From Octopus bimaculoides (lineage: Eukaryota): DNA of 64,000 bases. The notes under the pieces are model-generated. The model was not told the DNA's origin and ran no database searches. It saw nothing but the letters and a program-made list of their open reading frames with translations. The position numbers were made by a program, and so were the translations under genes. Of this stretch, positions 21,850 to 37,087 are shown one piece after another (the stretch's first letter is position 1; each line of letters opens with the position of its first letter). The DNA is taken from positions 5,637,585 through 5,701,584 of the forward strand of contig NC_069003.1 in NCBI RefSeq assembly GCF_001194135.2. Reading direction: 5' to 3'.

Positions 21850-24280
21850 AGTCACTACGTACCCCCACCATCACACATACATGTCACTCATCAGTCTACT
21901 ACCCATATCAGCCTTCTGTGTCTTTCACTGTCTCTATCTCCCTTGCTTTCCACATCTATACCCTTATTACACATTTCTTAATTACCTCCACCTCTTCTCA
22001 TGGCTGCCAGCAGAGGTAATAGCTCCCTGAACATGTTCCACTGTCACTGTGTCTAAGATTGGCTGTGGATCTCTATTCTGTTTGTCACACACACTTCATT
22101 CTCTCACCCACACCCTTCTTGCTCCTCTTCTGTTTACCATACATTGCATTTAGTCACCCTTGCCAACTGCTCAGCTCGCAATTCTCACTGTACTTATGCT
22201 TCCAGTTTAACTGAGGATGGCAGTGGGTCTCTTCTGTTCCCCAAGCCCTACTTTCATTGTAACTAAGGATGCTAATCCCTATTCTGTTCCTCTCTCCAAC
22301 ACTGATTTTGGTACAGGATCTACCTACTTTCCATTCCTCCCCACTTGACTGCTCTGGCGTATCTTATTGCCTGTGTACAGGCAGCAATACTGGACACTTG
22401 TGTCTAGTCCGCTGCTCCTTTACTCTCCCCTCCTGCACTGCCTTGCATCACTATGCATATATATGTGTGTGCATGCATGTGGATTGATGCCTTTCTTAAC
22501 ACCGACCACTCTACAGAGTATAATGAGTATATTTTAATGAGGCACCAGTAAGGTTGTCCTGTTCTTGACAAGTAAGACTAAAAGGTCCTTCAGATATATA
22601 TCATATACCTCAGCTTCAAATATACATTCTGTCATATTAGCAGAAGTGGACAGATGTTTTCCAACACTGCATATTGCTTCAGTTCTTTTTTGCCTTTGTA
22701 AATCCTCTGCATTGCACTTCATACATAAGCACCATACAATCTGCCTTTCACTCTGAGAAAAGAAATCCTTTGTTGCCAGCAGAGGTAATAGCTTCCTGAA
22801 TATTTTCCAGTGTGTTCTTACTCTAGCTACTATGCTTTCAGAGCACCCTGCTTACAACAGTTAGCAGAAACTTCTCAAGAACCACCTGGGTATTTGAGAG
22901 AATCTATTTCCACTCTCAACACTGGATACACCATATAGAATTTCAATCTATACTTTTCCTGCATACTAGATATAGCCACAGCAGAGTTCTACATGCTTAC
23001 AAAAACATGTCTTTGCTAAATTTGCAATAAGGCCTTTTATTATCAGGTTTTGTTTCCATATCTCAAATCTTACCACAAAAGATACGTTTCCAACATAGAA
23101 GAGTCCATGAATATCCAGTATTAAATTCTTCTATTACAGCTTAAAGAATTATAATAAACTGAAAGAGGCTGATAACTGAGCTCTGAGGGACCACCCCACC
23201 TGGACACTAAATTAATTGAAGTCACTGTTATCTCCCCTCGTTAACTGCACCTCTATGTCTCAGTACATGACCTGTATGGCCTTCACAAATCATTCATCTA
23301 TCCTCAGCTTTAGCAACCACCACATCAGAGCAAGGTACCTTGTCCAAAGCATTCTCCAGTTCTCTCTTCCTGTGACAAATCCCAAATTGCATCCCATCTA
23401 GGCTCCATTCATAATCAATTTGTGATAACTTTGTGCAGTAAACTTCAAAATCTTGCACAACAATTTGATACCTCAGTAGTTTCCTCTCTATAGTTCATTT
23501 CCTTTACCCCTGTAGCCGTTTATGGTGATGCTTCTAGGCCAGTCACTGGATATACAGAAACCTCCCAGAGAAATAATTAAAATCTAAAAAAATATAAATA
23601 CCTATCGGCTGCAGAAACCCGCAATATACTGAGTCTGCAATATAAATTTACATATATTAGCCAGAAAAACCTGCGATGCACTGAGCGCGCGACAGGTGAA
23701 CGATGTACTGAGTGTGCGACAGGTGAACAATGTACTGAGTGCACAATAGGTGAACAATGTACTGAGTGCACAATAGGTGAACCACGCTATGGCAAGGGAT
23801 TACTGTCATACCTTCTGCATCATTTGATAAACTATTTGTGTAACCAACCTGTACCCTACTTTGTTAGATATTTTAAACTTCTCAGTAACTATCCTGGTAG
23901 ATTGGTTGCCTTCCTTGCCTTCAACTTACAAGACTGGTCTTTGCTGGTCTACTTGGAGTAGACTCTCTCTCCCAAGTATTCTCCACATTCAACAGCCTCT
24001 TGTTCCATCAGGAAGAGAAACTGCAGCATTAGTATTCCTTATACACATTTCACCAACATATTGATTCTCTCTAGCACATTGCCTGGCAATCTGGAATAGC
24101 ATATAACTGTCATCCTCACATCTAAGAACATTGACAAAGTTTTTTTTTTACTTTCAGCTTATCCCCTTGCTAAGCATACCTGACAACTAGCTTCTCTTCT
24201 ACTTCTGATATTTTTTCTTTGCGCTCTCCATTCTTGCAATCTTTTAAAGCCTGTCTCTTAGCCTTTGTGGCTCTGCTTAC
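21850..24280 (-). mobile_element. Long, heavily decayed RTE-clade LINE relic(s) in Rac intron 4
   Basis: Remnants such as CSESIVARVRTHWKIFRKLLPLLATKG (about 22770-22850) and MFRELLPLLAA (about 22000-22040). Boundaries approximate. Confidence 0.55.
23674..23781. repeat. Minisatellite, 4 x 27 bp
   Basis: Units cgatgcactgagcgcgcgacaggtgaa / cgatgtactgagtgtgcgacaggtgaa / 2 x caatgtactgagtgcacaataggtgaa. Confidence 0.92.
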
Positions 24281-24423
24281 AGAACTATTTTATCATCATA
24301 CTGAACTCAGAACAACCAAATATGAAGTATTTCATCTAATGCTACTAATTTTACCAGCCACACACACACCCACCAACAGGAAATTATGTATGTGTTTACA
24401 TAAGAATTTAGAAACTGCTAGAC

Positions 24424-24577
24424 CATTGGTTCCCATCCTGGGGTCCGCAAGGGTAGTACTGGGGATCCGTGAACTAGATTCAAAATTTCATACACACACA
24501 CACACACACACAAGGATAAGCATATTAAAAGGAGTCCGTGGGAAAACTCATTTAAATAAAAGGGTTGGGAACCACTG
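24424..24577. mobile_element. hAT (Charlie-like) MITE
   Basis: TIRs cattggttccca / revcomp cagtggttccca. 8-bp TSD tgctagac / ttctagac. Confidence 0.8.
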
Positions 24578-24830
24578 TTCTAGACACATGAAATAAATCA
24601 TTTTAACAGAACTCGAATTAGATAAAACTATAAATAATAGCTTGTAAATATTGGGTTTAAAAAGAAACCTTGGATGGGAAAAATTGAAAGCTGCCTTATC
24701 CAAGGGTTTTTTTAAACCCAATACTTACTTATAGTGTTATCTAGTCTAAGTTCCATTAAAAACGAATTCTTTTTATGGATTTCCGTATATGTATTTATAT
24801 TTGACGTTTAGATAGAATGAAAATTCTTTA

Positions 24831-24947
<117 letters not shown>

Positions 24948-27313
24948 CTATAAAGTAAGATACATATTTTAGTTACAAATGACAGACAGGTTGAATGGAA
25001 ACAAAACAGATGTTTCTTTAAAAAAAAAACCCCATTATATCACTGTTTCTGTTTACTGATTCCACTCACAGAAGCACAGGTTGGATTGGGCTATAACAGG
25101 AGATATTTGCTCGGTGTACCACTGTTCTACCTAAATACAGCAGCCACAGTTTCTATATCATGTTAAATGTTGAGAAGATCTTCCTGTGTACAAACAACAA
25201 CATTCCTCAACATAGATGGGATGGTCACAACAAGGAAGCTAAATCTAGACAATAACACAATACAACATTGCCCCAGGCTGCTAAACCTTCAAATACATTT
25301 TTAACCAGTTTGGTTGCTTATTCTTTAACCCTTTTGACCAACCAACCCGAAATAGCATGTGTTTCTATGATGAAAGCTTTCTAAGTGCTTGTAACATTTC
25401 CAAATTTTCATGTTAGTATGTCTTCTAAACATTTTTATCTTGTACTTGTTTTAGTCATTAGAGTGCAGCCATGCTGGGGCAACATCTTGAATTTTTAGAC
25501 AAACGAATCAACTCCAGTACTTTTTTTATTTTTTATTCTATTGGTCTCCTTTGCTGAACCAGGAAGTTACAGAGACATAAACAAACAAACACACACACAC
25601 ACCGGGCTTCTTTCAGTTTCTGTCTGTCAAATCCACTCTTACAGCTTTGGTTGGCCCAAGGCTATAGCAAAAGACACTTGCTGAAGGTGCCACACAGTGG
25701 AACTGAAACCAGAACCATGTGGTTGGGAAGCAAACTTCTTACCACAGCCATGCCTATCAAAATTAATTGAAACAAAGAAAGTGCATTTCAATAGAAATAC
25801 GGTAACAAAAGGATTAATTTTTAACCATTCTCAAAAGTTAATAAATTAGCTATGTATGAACCAAAGGAGGAGCCTTTATATAGTCATTTAACCTACTAGA
25901 AACAGCAACCAAATCTCTAAAAGTGTCTTAGGAAAAGCTGTTACACTAGAGACTGTTGCCTGGGAAAATGATGGAATGGTCAATTCTGATGGGTTAAATC
26001 TAAACGATAGCTAAAAAATAATTATTACCACCACCAGAAGTAATAGAACAGTTGGTGGTTTATATCCTGTCATCAGCTGTCAAGACAAATTATTAGTCAT
26101 TCCAGAATCCATCTAACTCGTGACATTCTACACAGTAGTTCGCCATTGCTCTGTTGTACGCAGATCACTGCTGCACAGTAGATCATGGCTGCAGTGCAAA
26201 AACCGATCCGTGATGAAAGAAGTTCCAGCCATGACCATTCCAACCCTTATCTCAAACTGTGTTTAGATCTACATTATCCAATGTTGCCCTCATCATGTAT
26301 GAGAAAAGGGATGGGATCACCACAACTAGAATGTCTTTATGCAACCTTATTGGTTACCCTTAAGTTGACCTTCATTGAGTAGGCCTGTAATCAAAGTCAT
26401 TCTAACCATGACTACCCCATCTTGAAAAATAAGAAAAGGTTAGCATCAGAAAGGGCACTCAAATGTAAAACAATGCCTCAATATCATCCACTTAACCCAT
26501 GCTAGCATAGAAAAATGGATGTGAAACAAGGAAACGATAGCATCTACATATATACATATATATATATTTATATATATATATATGTATGTATGTCAGTATG
26601 TCAATGCAACAAAGAACTATTATAAAAAGCTAACCACAAGGAATTGAAAATAGAGCATCAGTGACTAAGCGATGTAATAAAAGACATACTTGATACATAT
26701 ATTAGAGGAAAAATTAATAAAAAATACACCAGAAGTATATTCCTTTAATAGTTCATATCCGCACCCAATCCTTGACCTATTAACATATGCACACACACAA
26801 ATTCAGTCTCCAAATTATATTCCATGCTATTGAAAGCAACCCACTCAAAATTACCCTTGGTTCTAGAATACACACTTCCTATTTTGAAGTCATCTAAATT
26901 ACAATTTCCCATTAAAATCTCATGTAAATTAATGTTCCAAACATTAGCTTAATAATGACAAAGTTATTTTATTGTATCTTCATTATTTTTTTTTAGATTA
27001 ATCAAAATACAAAGGGTTAAAGCCTTTCACTGTACTGAAGTTATAGTAGAATACAATTGCCTAAGGTGCTGTGCACTGGGGTCAAACGCAGAACCAGGTG
27101 TTTGCTTGAGTGCACACATGGTTGTGTGGCTAAGAAGTCCTCTTTGCAATGTGCATTTTAAATATCACAACGAAACTATCATATATCATAAAACAGAACA
27201 GATCTTTTGTCAAGGCAAAACAAAGACATACCATAATTGTTACAGGAAAAGAGACTAAGAGGATTAATGACTTTCACAATGAAAACATTTTCTAATAACT
27301 ACATCATGTACAA

Positions 27314-27532
27314 CCCTTTAACATTTAAACCAGCCATATCTGGCCTAGATATATTCTACATATTTTATACTCAAACCAGCCAGATCTGGCATCTCACACC
27401 TACCCTATAATAACATTCTAAAGACAATCACCACATCAAAATCTCAAAGTTACAAGATAATGCATGATTAATTTAAAACAATGTGAATAAATAAGCATTA
27501 CATTAGACAAAAAAAATCTGAATGCTAAAGGG
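27314..27532. mobile_element. piggyBac-type MITE
   Basis: ccctttaacatt ... aatgctaaaggg|ttaa. Further copies at 44317-44536 (reverse, ends ggg|ttaa), about 52865-53095 and about 59205-59430. Confidence 0.65.
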
Positions 27533-27649
27533 TTAACATTAGATATATTCCTCATCTTTGGTCATTTTACATTTTTTTTTCCATCCTTGGACAAGTTTTT
27601 TCCAGCATGTCATCTTAACACTGGTAGAACATTATCTTTATAAAGATCA

Positions 27650-28950
27650 TATTTAGATTAGCTCCCACAGCTTTTCCCCAAGCCTTCCTCTTCTGCAGGT
27701 TTCTACCACTTAGATCACACACTATTTCTTTACCTAACTATATCATCTTGCATATGTGACATATGCCTGTACCAGTGTAACCTCCTCTCTTGCACAATGC
27801 ACTTCATTCTTCTATTAGCTCATTGGTAAAAAATAAAAAGTTTAGGAAGGTATAACAATGCAATATAGAACAAAAAATGGACTGTATACTGTTGTAACTT
27901 GGTAAACTGTAGTCCAATGATATTTCGGAATTAGAATTCCTTCTTCAGATCTTATTTGCTGGAGTCTCATTTGTGCTTTACCATTCATGTACATGTTATC
28001 CAGCAGAGCATGCTCACCTCAACATCTTTTTGTTGTCTGCATCCAATTCCTATAATTTTTAACTTTGCGCTTTGTACTCAAACATCAGACAACTTGCCCT
28101 TGACTCAGAGAAAGTGTGTACTGTTACTTGCTACCAGCAGGAGTGATAAATAGTTCCTTGATCATTTTCCACCATGTTCTGTGGCTATTTGTTACACTTT
28201 CAGAATACCTACCTGATTATCCCACCTTGGTAGCAGAACCAGTCAACTATTCTGAAGAACCCTTTTAACATACTGAAAGCACAGAGATTGTACCAAGAGT
28301 AATGTGAAAGTTTCTTTGACTGTATTCACTGATATTGCACATATGGTAGAGTAACTCTTCATCCAGTTCAATTTCATTGCAAGCAAATAACAGGTTCTCA
28401 GCAACAAAAACATGCTGTCATTGAATTCATGACAAAAAGGAGGAGGGACAGGTTATTTACAGAGATGATGATGATGATATTAACAAGATGTGCATAGATA
28501 GATGAAACATTTTATAGGTGCTCTTACTGCTAGCTGCATTATTTGCATCTGCTAGATAAGTCTTCTTTCTACATCTAACTCCTTTAAATTCAACTGCAAA
28601 TTTTGTACACCTATAGTTGACATTTTATAGAGGGGACACTGTATACCATTCCTACTTTTTACCTTTTCTGGATATGGAGCATAACCATTTCCCAGCATAG
28701 CCATTGCTAAAACTTTCAGGCTTTGTTTCCACATTTATAATATCTTCTCAAACTCTTCAGATTCATCTATAAGAACTTGGCCACTGACAGACACAAGTCC
28801 CCTAATAGACAGGCAGTTTCAAACTGGCTGTCAACACCTGGAAAAGTTAGTTGTCTTTCTGAAAACAACTCATTTCAGGCATTTAAGATAATGAGGAATT
28901 TATTTCAAACACTACCAGAAATAGTAACTAATTGCTCCTCATACACTGTA
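27650..28950 (-). mobile_element. Decayed RTE-clade LINE (RT motif 5 through 3' end)
   Basis: VLIDESEEFEKIL*MWKQSL, SRNGIQCPLYKMST, decayed FCYLG-like stretch, and an ERRL.WY.HM..M...GR 3' block. Confidence 0.65.
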
Positions 28951-30054
28951 ACATCTTAAACTGGGAAAAGATACATTGGGTAACATAGCCCAAAGATGTG
29001 CGAGTGTGTATCCTTGTCTTGACATCAGGCGAAGGTTGTAAATGTGTGACAGTCATAGAAGTAACAATGATCATTTCCAATCTCCTGTTAAAAAACAAAA
29101 ATGTCTGGCTCTGGGGAAATGATTCCTTGCTTGGAAACATGAAAGTTGGTGACAGGAGTGGCATCCAGTCATAGAAAATATGTCTCAACAAATTCTGTCC
29201 TGACCCCCTTCAAGCATAGAGAAGTAGACATTAAAATAATGATTTATTACACATACATTTTTGTCACCACTATGTTTTTGCCAAGCCTCGACAGAGAGAA
29301 AGAGAGAAATGTAACCTAAAAATCTGACACTATTTTGTCTGGTGATCCACTTCCTAGAATACAAGCAGTGAGCCATGGAAGAAGCCATTTGAGCATTGGA
29401 GTGTGAAGACATTCTGTTTACGTAAAATATAATACTTTATGGATTTGAGAAAATTTGTTTTATGACTGAAGGNNNNNNNNNNNNNNNNNNNNNNNNNNNN
29501 NNNNNNNNNNNNNNNNNNNNNNNNNNNNNNNNNNNNNNNNNGGGGGGGGGGGGAAGACAGGAAGGGCTTCCAACTGATGAAAATCAGTGTGTATCTAACT
29601 CAACAACATTATTTCTAGTTAACTTTTTAATATTCTCTGCATTAAAATGTTAACACTCGATTATTAATGACTAAAAAGGTTTTGAAAAGAAATTTTTCAA
29701 ATTTCAATCATCATCATCATCATCATCATCATCGTTTAACGTCCGCTTTCCATGCTAGCATGGGTTGGACGATATGGTTACTCAATTTTTTCAAGTGTGT
29801 ATATCTGTTGATTCACCAGAAGCGATAATTTACAGGACTCAATACAAATAGAATATTCTTTGATATATTATAACTGAAAGGTTTAAAGAGAAAAGAACAT
29901 TGAAGATAAACGTTTTCTTCAGACTTTCATTTCATATTTCAGAAAATATTCCAAAAGGAAAGTAAGCTTGGTTTACCAAATGATATAAATGAGGAACTCA
30001 GAATACTGGGAACTTGGAGCCTTTCAGTGTATGCGTGTGTGAGTATGTGTATCA

Positions 30055-30890
30055 GCCAGCACCAACCAAGCCCTACGGACAGCGACTGAATGTGGTGGGC
30101 AAGTTCACCTACCTTGGCAGCACACTCTCTAGAAATGTTGTCGTCGATGACTAAATCAACGCCAGACTCGCCAAGGCAAGCGCTACCTTCAGCAGGCTAC
30201 GCAAGCCTGTCTGGAACAGGAGGGGGATCACCATCATGACAAAGATCAAAGTGTACCGGGCTGTTGTTCTCACAACGCTACTTTACGGCTGCGAGTCCTG
30301 GACAGTCCACCAGCGTCATGCCAAGAAGCTAAACCACTTCCATGCAATACGCCTTAAAAAACTTCTAGGCATAAAGTGACAGGACAGGATCCCGGACACT
30401 GAGGTACTAATATGTGCTAACCTGCCCAGCATCCATACCATCTTGATGCAGTCTCAGCTTCGCTGGGCAGAGCACATAGCTCGCATGTCAGACGATCGAT
30501 TACCAAAAAGATTGCTCTTTGGTGAGCTGCAAAAGGGAAAGCGTTCACAAGGCGGCCAGAAGAAGCGCTTTAAGGACACACTGAAAGCCTCCAACATCGA
30601 CCATGACACTTGGGAGCGGTCTGCTCTTGACAGAGAAAGGTGGTGATCAGCTGTCCACAAGGGTGCCAACAAATGCGAGACCAATAGGATCGCTGCTGCA
30701 GAAGACCGCAGACAGGCCAGGAAGAACAGAGCTAACAACCCTGTAGCAGGCGCTACCATTCCCTGTCCACACTGTCAAAGACTCTTTCGGGCGCAGATTG
30801 GCCTCACTAGCCATCTGCGGACTCACAAAACAAACCCACCCCCACCCCAGGATGACTAGATGGTCTTCGTCGCATTGGCGGACAAACTAC
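30055..30890 (+). mobile_element. RTE-clade LINE 3' fragment with terminal C2H2 finger
   Basis: GKFTYLGSTLS, KVYRAVVLTTLLYGCESW, QLRWAEHIARMSDDRLPKRLLFGEL, CPHCQRLFRAQIGLTSHLRTH. Followed by a (GT)n(GA)n tail to about 31020. Confidence 0.9.
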
Positions 30891-30914
30891 ACACATGTGT
30901 GTGTGAGTGTGTGT

Positions 30915-31018
<104 letters not shown>

Positions 31019-31743
31019 GGAGAAAAACTTGAACTTTGAATTAATTAATGTTACGCTAAATTTAAAATTACATAAGCTGCTCATTATTGATTGCTTGAAC
31101 TTTAAAATCAAAATATGATCTTTATTCTTTATCAACAGAAGTGCTTGTCAACATTCCTTAATACAGACAGAGGATACATAAAATTATTATTCTTATTACT
31201 GTTGTTGTAGTGATGCAAGTGATGCACTGTGACATTTTCTATACATACAAGAATCAATAACTCACCTATTTAATAGAATTTGCTGATTTAGGAGATATAT
31301 AAACAAAATAGTGAGTTGAAAATCTTTGATTAACTGGAGATTATCCTTGTAGTTAGTAGGCACCTCTCCTAAGAGTATTTAAAATATAAAACAGTGCTTT
31401 TCGAACTTTTTTGAACTATTGTCCACTTTCTATAACTAAAACTTTTTCAAAGCCAACTTTGCTATTAGTACACCACATGTACATATTGCATACTACGGCA
31501 CTCTGACGGTTACGACAACGAGGGTTCCAGTTGATCCAATCAACAGAACACCCTGCTTGTGAAATTAACATGCAAGTGGCTGAGTAGTCCACACACATGT
31601 ACACTTAACGTAGATCTCGGGGAGATTCAGTGTGACAAGGCTGGCCCTATGAAATACAGGTACAACAGAAACAGGAAGAAAGAGTGAGAGAAAGTTGTAG
31701 TGAAAGAGTACAGCAGGGTTCACCCCTCCACCTGCCGGAGCCT

Positions 31744-31788
<45 letters not shown>

Positions 31789-32249
31789 TTACACATTAAA
31801 TGTTATGTGGTAATTCAGGTGCACTGAATGTCTTTATTGCATGTATGGAAATTCCTGTAAATTTTTACATCATTTAAGTTGTACTTCTGTTTATGGCTTA
31901 CAATTTACATGCACAGGTGGTATACACTTGATCTTGTTCATGTATTTATTCACATTTCAAAGTACTGTTTTTGTTGATGCTATCATTGTGATTAACAAGC
32001 AGTTCATTATTATACTTGATTTCTTCTTAAAACGAAAAACTGTACAGTTGCATCTATTGCACTCCTCTTACTAACTTTCTCTTCAGTATCTATATGAAAG
32101 CTCCCACTGTCCAACCATACAGCAACACCTCCCACTTTGAAAAGCATTGATATAAAACAAGCAAGGGTGATAACTCCAACCAGTTTTTATAGATAAGATA
32201 AAGACAATGCAGTTATGAGTGGATCTGAGCTTTAAAATCAAATTGCAAA

Positions 32250-32760
32250 AGTAGTAGACATGTTTCAGTCTTATTAGACCTCCTCAGTGAACCACTGTAC
32301 TCAGTTGGCAAGACTCGCTGCCTGCAACTTCCTCCTTCCTGAGCCATTTTTTATCTTTCTCATCTCTCCCTCCATACTGATATCTACAATCAACCACACC
32401 CTTTTTCATTGCTTACTGCATCCACCTCTAGGACAATTTAGCTATCTGCCACTTTCCTCCCACAGTCTTATTAAATTATCCACCCTTTCCTTCCCTCCCG
32501 ATCCACAGACAGCATGCTCTGGCATCCCATCACCGTCTTATTTTCCTTCCAGCTATTCTCACCCACCTCCACATAATGAAGGGTAGTCATGTACCTCTTC
32601 CATAACAAGACATCTGTGCTTGTCCCTCTATCGTACTTTAGCCTTCCAACACCAAACAAACTCACCTCCTCTTTTCTCAAATATGATCCCATTCAATTGA
32701 AAAGGTTTTCTCCCTTTTTTAAAATTTGCCTTGTAAATTACTCAACCTCTCTAGTACTGG
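32250..32760 (-). mobile_element. Possible Penelope-like fragment
   Basis: EVSLFGV-type stretch resembling a GIY-YIG C-terminus, and a cactgaggagg...gactgaaacatgtc terminal motif. Very decayed. Confidence 0.3.
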
Positions 32761-33615
32761 TGGAACCCAGAATTCACCATAAAATGGTTGGCATTAGGAA
32801 GGGCATCCGGAAGTAGACACCATGTCAATGCTGACTGCAAAGGCCTGATGCAGTTTTACAGCTTGCTGGTTCCTGTCAAACGCTCCAGCTTAGGCCAGCA
32901 TAGAAAAAGGGATGTTAAATGTTAAGGTGTGTGTGTGTGAGTGTGTGTGTGTGTGTATGTGTATGTGTGTGTAATCTAAGGAAGCCGATAATAAATATAA
33001 ATATGTATGATGATCACAGGGTGCATTTTGCTTATTAAATACACATGTCAGAATCCCATGTACTGTTTTTCTTTTCCAAACATTAGGATTGGCTAAACTT
33101 ATTGGACATGTCTTGTAACAGCATGGATAGTTTCAGTGAAATGAAATTTTTCAATACCCTATATTACATATTGGAATCCTATTGTATAGGTAGTCTGCAA
33201 CCCCCACTCCAGGTTCTTTCCCCTCAACCATATGTTGACATATAAACATGTGTGTATATTTTATCTTACTTGTTTCAGTCATTAGAATGCAGCCAGGCTT
33301 TAAAAAATAAAGTACTGGGGTTGATTCATCCAATTAAATATCCTTCAAGGCAGTGCCCCAGTATGGCTGCATTCTAATGACTGAAACAAGTGGCGGTAGG
33401 AGCCCAAACACAGACACACACGTAGATATATATTTCACTTAGGCATTGCAAGACTAATAGCCTGTTGCAGAACTCAATATTCAAGGCACCAACGAAACTA
33501 TAGTATATTACTCAGGAATTCAACTAAGAATTGACTGCATCCTATAGCAGAAACACCTGTAAGCTAATGAAGTTCATACCATTACCATTGTTTTTCCTGT
33601 GTCATCTTTTTCTTT

Positions 33616-33667
<52 letters not shown>

Positions 33668-34115
33668 GACAGGTTTCTTTCAGTTTTTGTCTACCAAATC
33701 CATTCACAAGGCTTTGATTGGCTTGAGGCTACGTACAAGACCCTTGCTCAAGATGCTAGGCTCTAGGACTGAACCTGGAAGTATGCAAACATTCACATAC
33801 ACACACACACACACACAACATTCCAGCAAAGGGTAACTAAAACTAGAAAGGCACAAACTTTGTAAAAATAATAATTTCATAATTTTTTTTCATTTACATA
33901 GTTTTGAGGAGAGTGTTGAAAATNNNNNNNNNNNNNNNNNNNNNNNNNNNNNNNNNNNNNNNNNNNNNNNNNNNNNNNNNNNNNNNNNNNNNNNNNNNNN
34001 NNNNNNNNNNNATATTAATTGCTCTTTAGTAAACAGCAATATTGTATGTTTGGATGAAAAATATACAGAAATCTAATAAAAATGATGTTTATCATATGCA
34101 CTCACAAAAGATTTA

Positions 34116-34271
<156 letters not shown>

Positions 34272-37047
34272 TTAGCACAAAAGTGAAAAATTAAAAAAAA
34301 AAATTTTTTTCAAACTGACAAAAGTGGAATTTTATGTTGACCAGAGATTTTATTATATGCAGACAAGAATTCATTTCACGTTGCTCCAGTCCACTCAGCT
34401 GGCAAAAATGAGTAATCCTGTGACAATTTTATGGCCATATCTAAGACGGTAACGGCTGCATTTTGAACTAGTCCACATCGTTCAATACCACCAGAATGCA
34501 ATCATATGGATGGAATGGAAGCTCTGTGTAGTTAAAAAACTTTAGCTCACAAAGAGAAAAAGAAAACAAAAAATTTCACCACTGCATTCCACCATTTAAA
34601 AAAACAAAAGAGAGTACACTTTGCCTGATAAAATATAAGTGGGGTGGATAGCTATGTCTAGATTTCCTTTGATCACAAGTTTGTTTGATCAAAGTTGACT
34701 TGGGGATATAAATAAGATGACATGATGTACAGAAATAGATTGGACAAAAAAGAAAGAGAAAAAAATTATGCCTCAAAATTGCAACATTGCCTCACAAATT
34801 AATCACCGCATATTCGATATGGTTGTCAACTAAAGTGGGGAGACAACATATCTGGAACGAGAGATGTGGGTTGCACTTATTCAATCAGTCAACTTCCTTA
34901 CATAGCATTTAATCTGCTAAATCACAACTGATCTGGGACTACACAACAGATAGTAGTTCATCAATGTTCCTTTAAATTAGTATTGATTGATAGAGGAAGG
35001 TGGAGCTGCGTGGTTAAGAGGTTTCCTTCCTAACTACATGGTACTGAGTTCAGTCCCACTGTGATACCTTGAGTGTCTTCTGGTCAACCAAAGCCTTGTG
35101 AGTGGGTTTGGAAGAAATTTGAAAGAAGCCCGTCATGTGTGTGTGTATTTATGTCTTCTTGCCAATCACCTGGATAATTATGAGCATCACTGTTATTCAA
35201 GCAGTGTCAATGATTTCCAATATTCTGCAAAAGCAATGCCTGGCCATGGGGAAACATTACCTTGTTTGGAAACACAAAGGGAAGGGTATCCTACCACAGA
35301 ATGTCTGTCTCAGCAAGCCGTATCCAATCCATGCAAGCATGGAAAAGTAGACATTGAAACAATGATAATGAGGATGAGAAATTATCAAAACAGTTGTTTG
35401 ACAGAGCCTTTAAAAATGAACCAAACTAAAACAGTGTTGTACCAATGCATTGTGTACAAAGGGAACAAAAATAATCACAAATAAAATGAGATAGCAAAAG
35501 TTCATTTCTAATTGACATATGGAATTTGAAGTAACCTTTAGCACATTTTTTTTTTCCCTGAGGGTCAAGATTTTGGAACCTTGCCTCACAGTGACAAATG
35601 CGAGTTCATCCTCTGTCTATAACCTTAACAAAATGTATTGAGAACATCTGTGATAAGAGGAAAATTAATAACTTATTTCTCCCATTTCCTAACCATGACA
35701 CACATCCTATGTGTGCATCTAAATACAAAATTAGCCTGAATATAGGGCAATAACATTTCCCTTGTATAAATAAACATTAATAAAAAGTGAGAGGAGGGGG
35801 GGGGGAGAGAAGCTTGTAAAGGTTCAAATATAAAAAGGTTACAAGCTTAGATTTTCAGGGATAATTAACCCCTCATCTTAGAAAATCCTTTGTAGTCAGG
35901 CACACAAATTTTACTTATTTCAGAAGGCATTCACTTACTGCCAAAGGGATTATTCAGGTTAGTGGATTGGAAGAATCATTTGCATGCTGGTTAAGATGCC
36001 ATACAAAATTTTTTCTCAATCTTTACATATTCAAATCTGTCAACTTTGCTTTTCAACTCTTCCAAAGGCAATAAAATTGAAGTATGGGGTTTATATAATC
36101 AACCCCTCCCTTCCCACCGAAATTTTCAATCATTTGCCTATACCATTAATTAATATTATTAAGAAGGTAGCAAGTTGGCAGAATCATTAGCATGCCAGAC
36201 AAAATGTTTAGTGGTATTTCTTTTGGTTCATTATGTTCTGAGTTCAAATTCCAAGGTCGACTCAGCCTTTCATCCCCTTTGAGGGCTGATAAAATAAGTA
36301 CCAGACAAAGCACTGGGGTTGATGTAATTGACTAGTTCCTGTCACAACTCCAAAATTTCAAGCCTTATGCTTATAGTAGAAAGAATTTTCATTATTAAGG
36401 TGGTGAGCTGGCAAAATTGTTAGAGTCAGTCATGCTTAGTGACAGTTCTTCTAGCTCTCTATGCTCTGAGTTCAAATACCACCAAGTACAATAAGGCCAG
36501 CAATTCCTGCATTCCCAACACCATAAAGTACAATTATAATGGCTATTCCTCACCTCTGTATAGTGTCTGGTCTAGTGGTAATTTTTGTAGAGGAGCAAAT
36601 TTAGGATGAAATCAGTGGTTTCTTTGCAGAGGAGTAAATATGTTAGCACAACCAAGAGAGCAGTCCATGAAATTAATGACTTGTTGTTTAGCCCCAGGTC
36701 AACCCTGATAAAACAGATCTACAATCGTCTAAACTGTGAGCTCGGTGTCATCAACGGCTACATTTCTTCAATGTGTTCTTTCCTTATATACTATGGTAGG
36801 ATATGATTTGATTTGGCTGCTATTTCTTGCAAGCTCAGCAATCACATAACCCCCTTTGTTGGCGAAAGAGAAGAGTGAGAAGCATGTTAGAAATCAATGT
36901 TGTATTTCTGATAGGATTAGAAAAGACGAAATTGGAGAGGATGATGTAACAGGAGCAATGAGAGAGAAGAATCAAGGAAAGCATCTAATATCATAGTGCA
37001 GTAGGTAGTGTGTCAGTCTCACCAAAGGTCTTGGTCACCATTCACTG

Positions 37048-37087
<40 letters not shown>

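Noticed and set aside
23674-23781. 27-bp repeat arrays (also 50073-50260) as CRISPR
   Set aside because: Units are contiguous with no unique spacers, the context is eukaryotic, and there are no cas genes.
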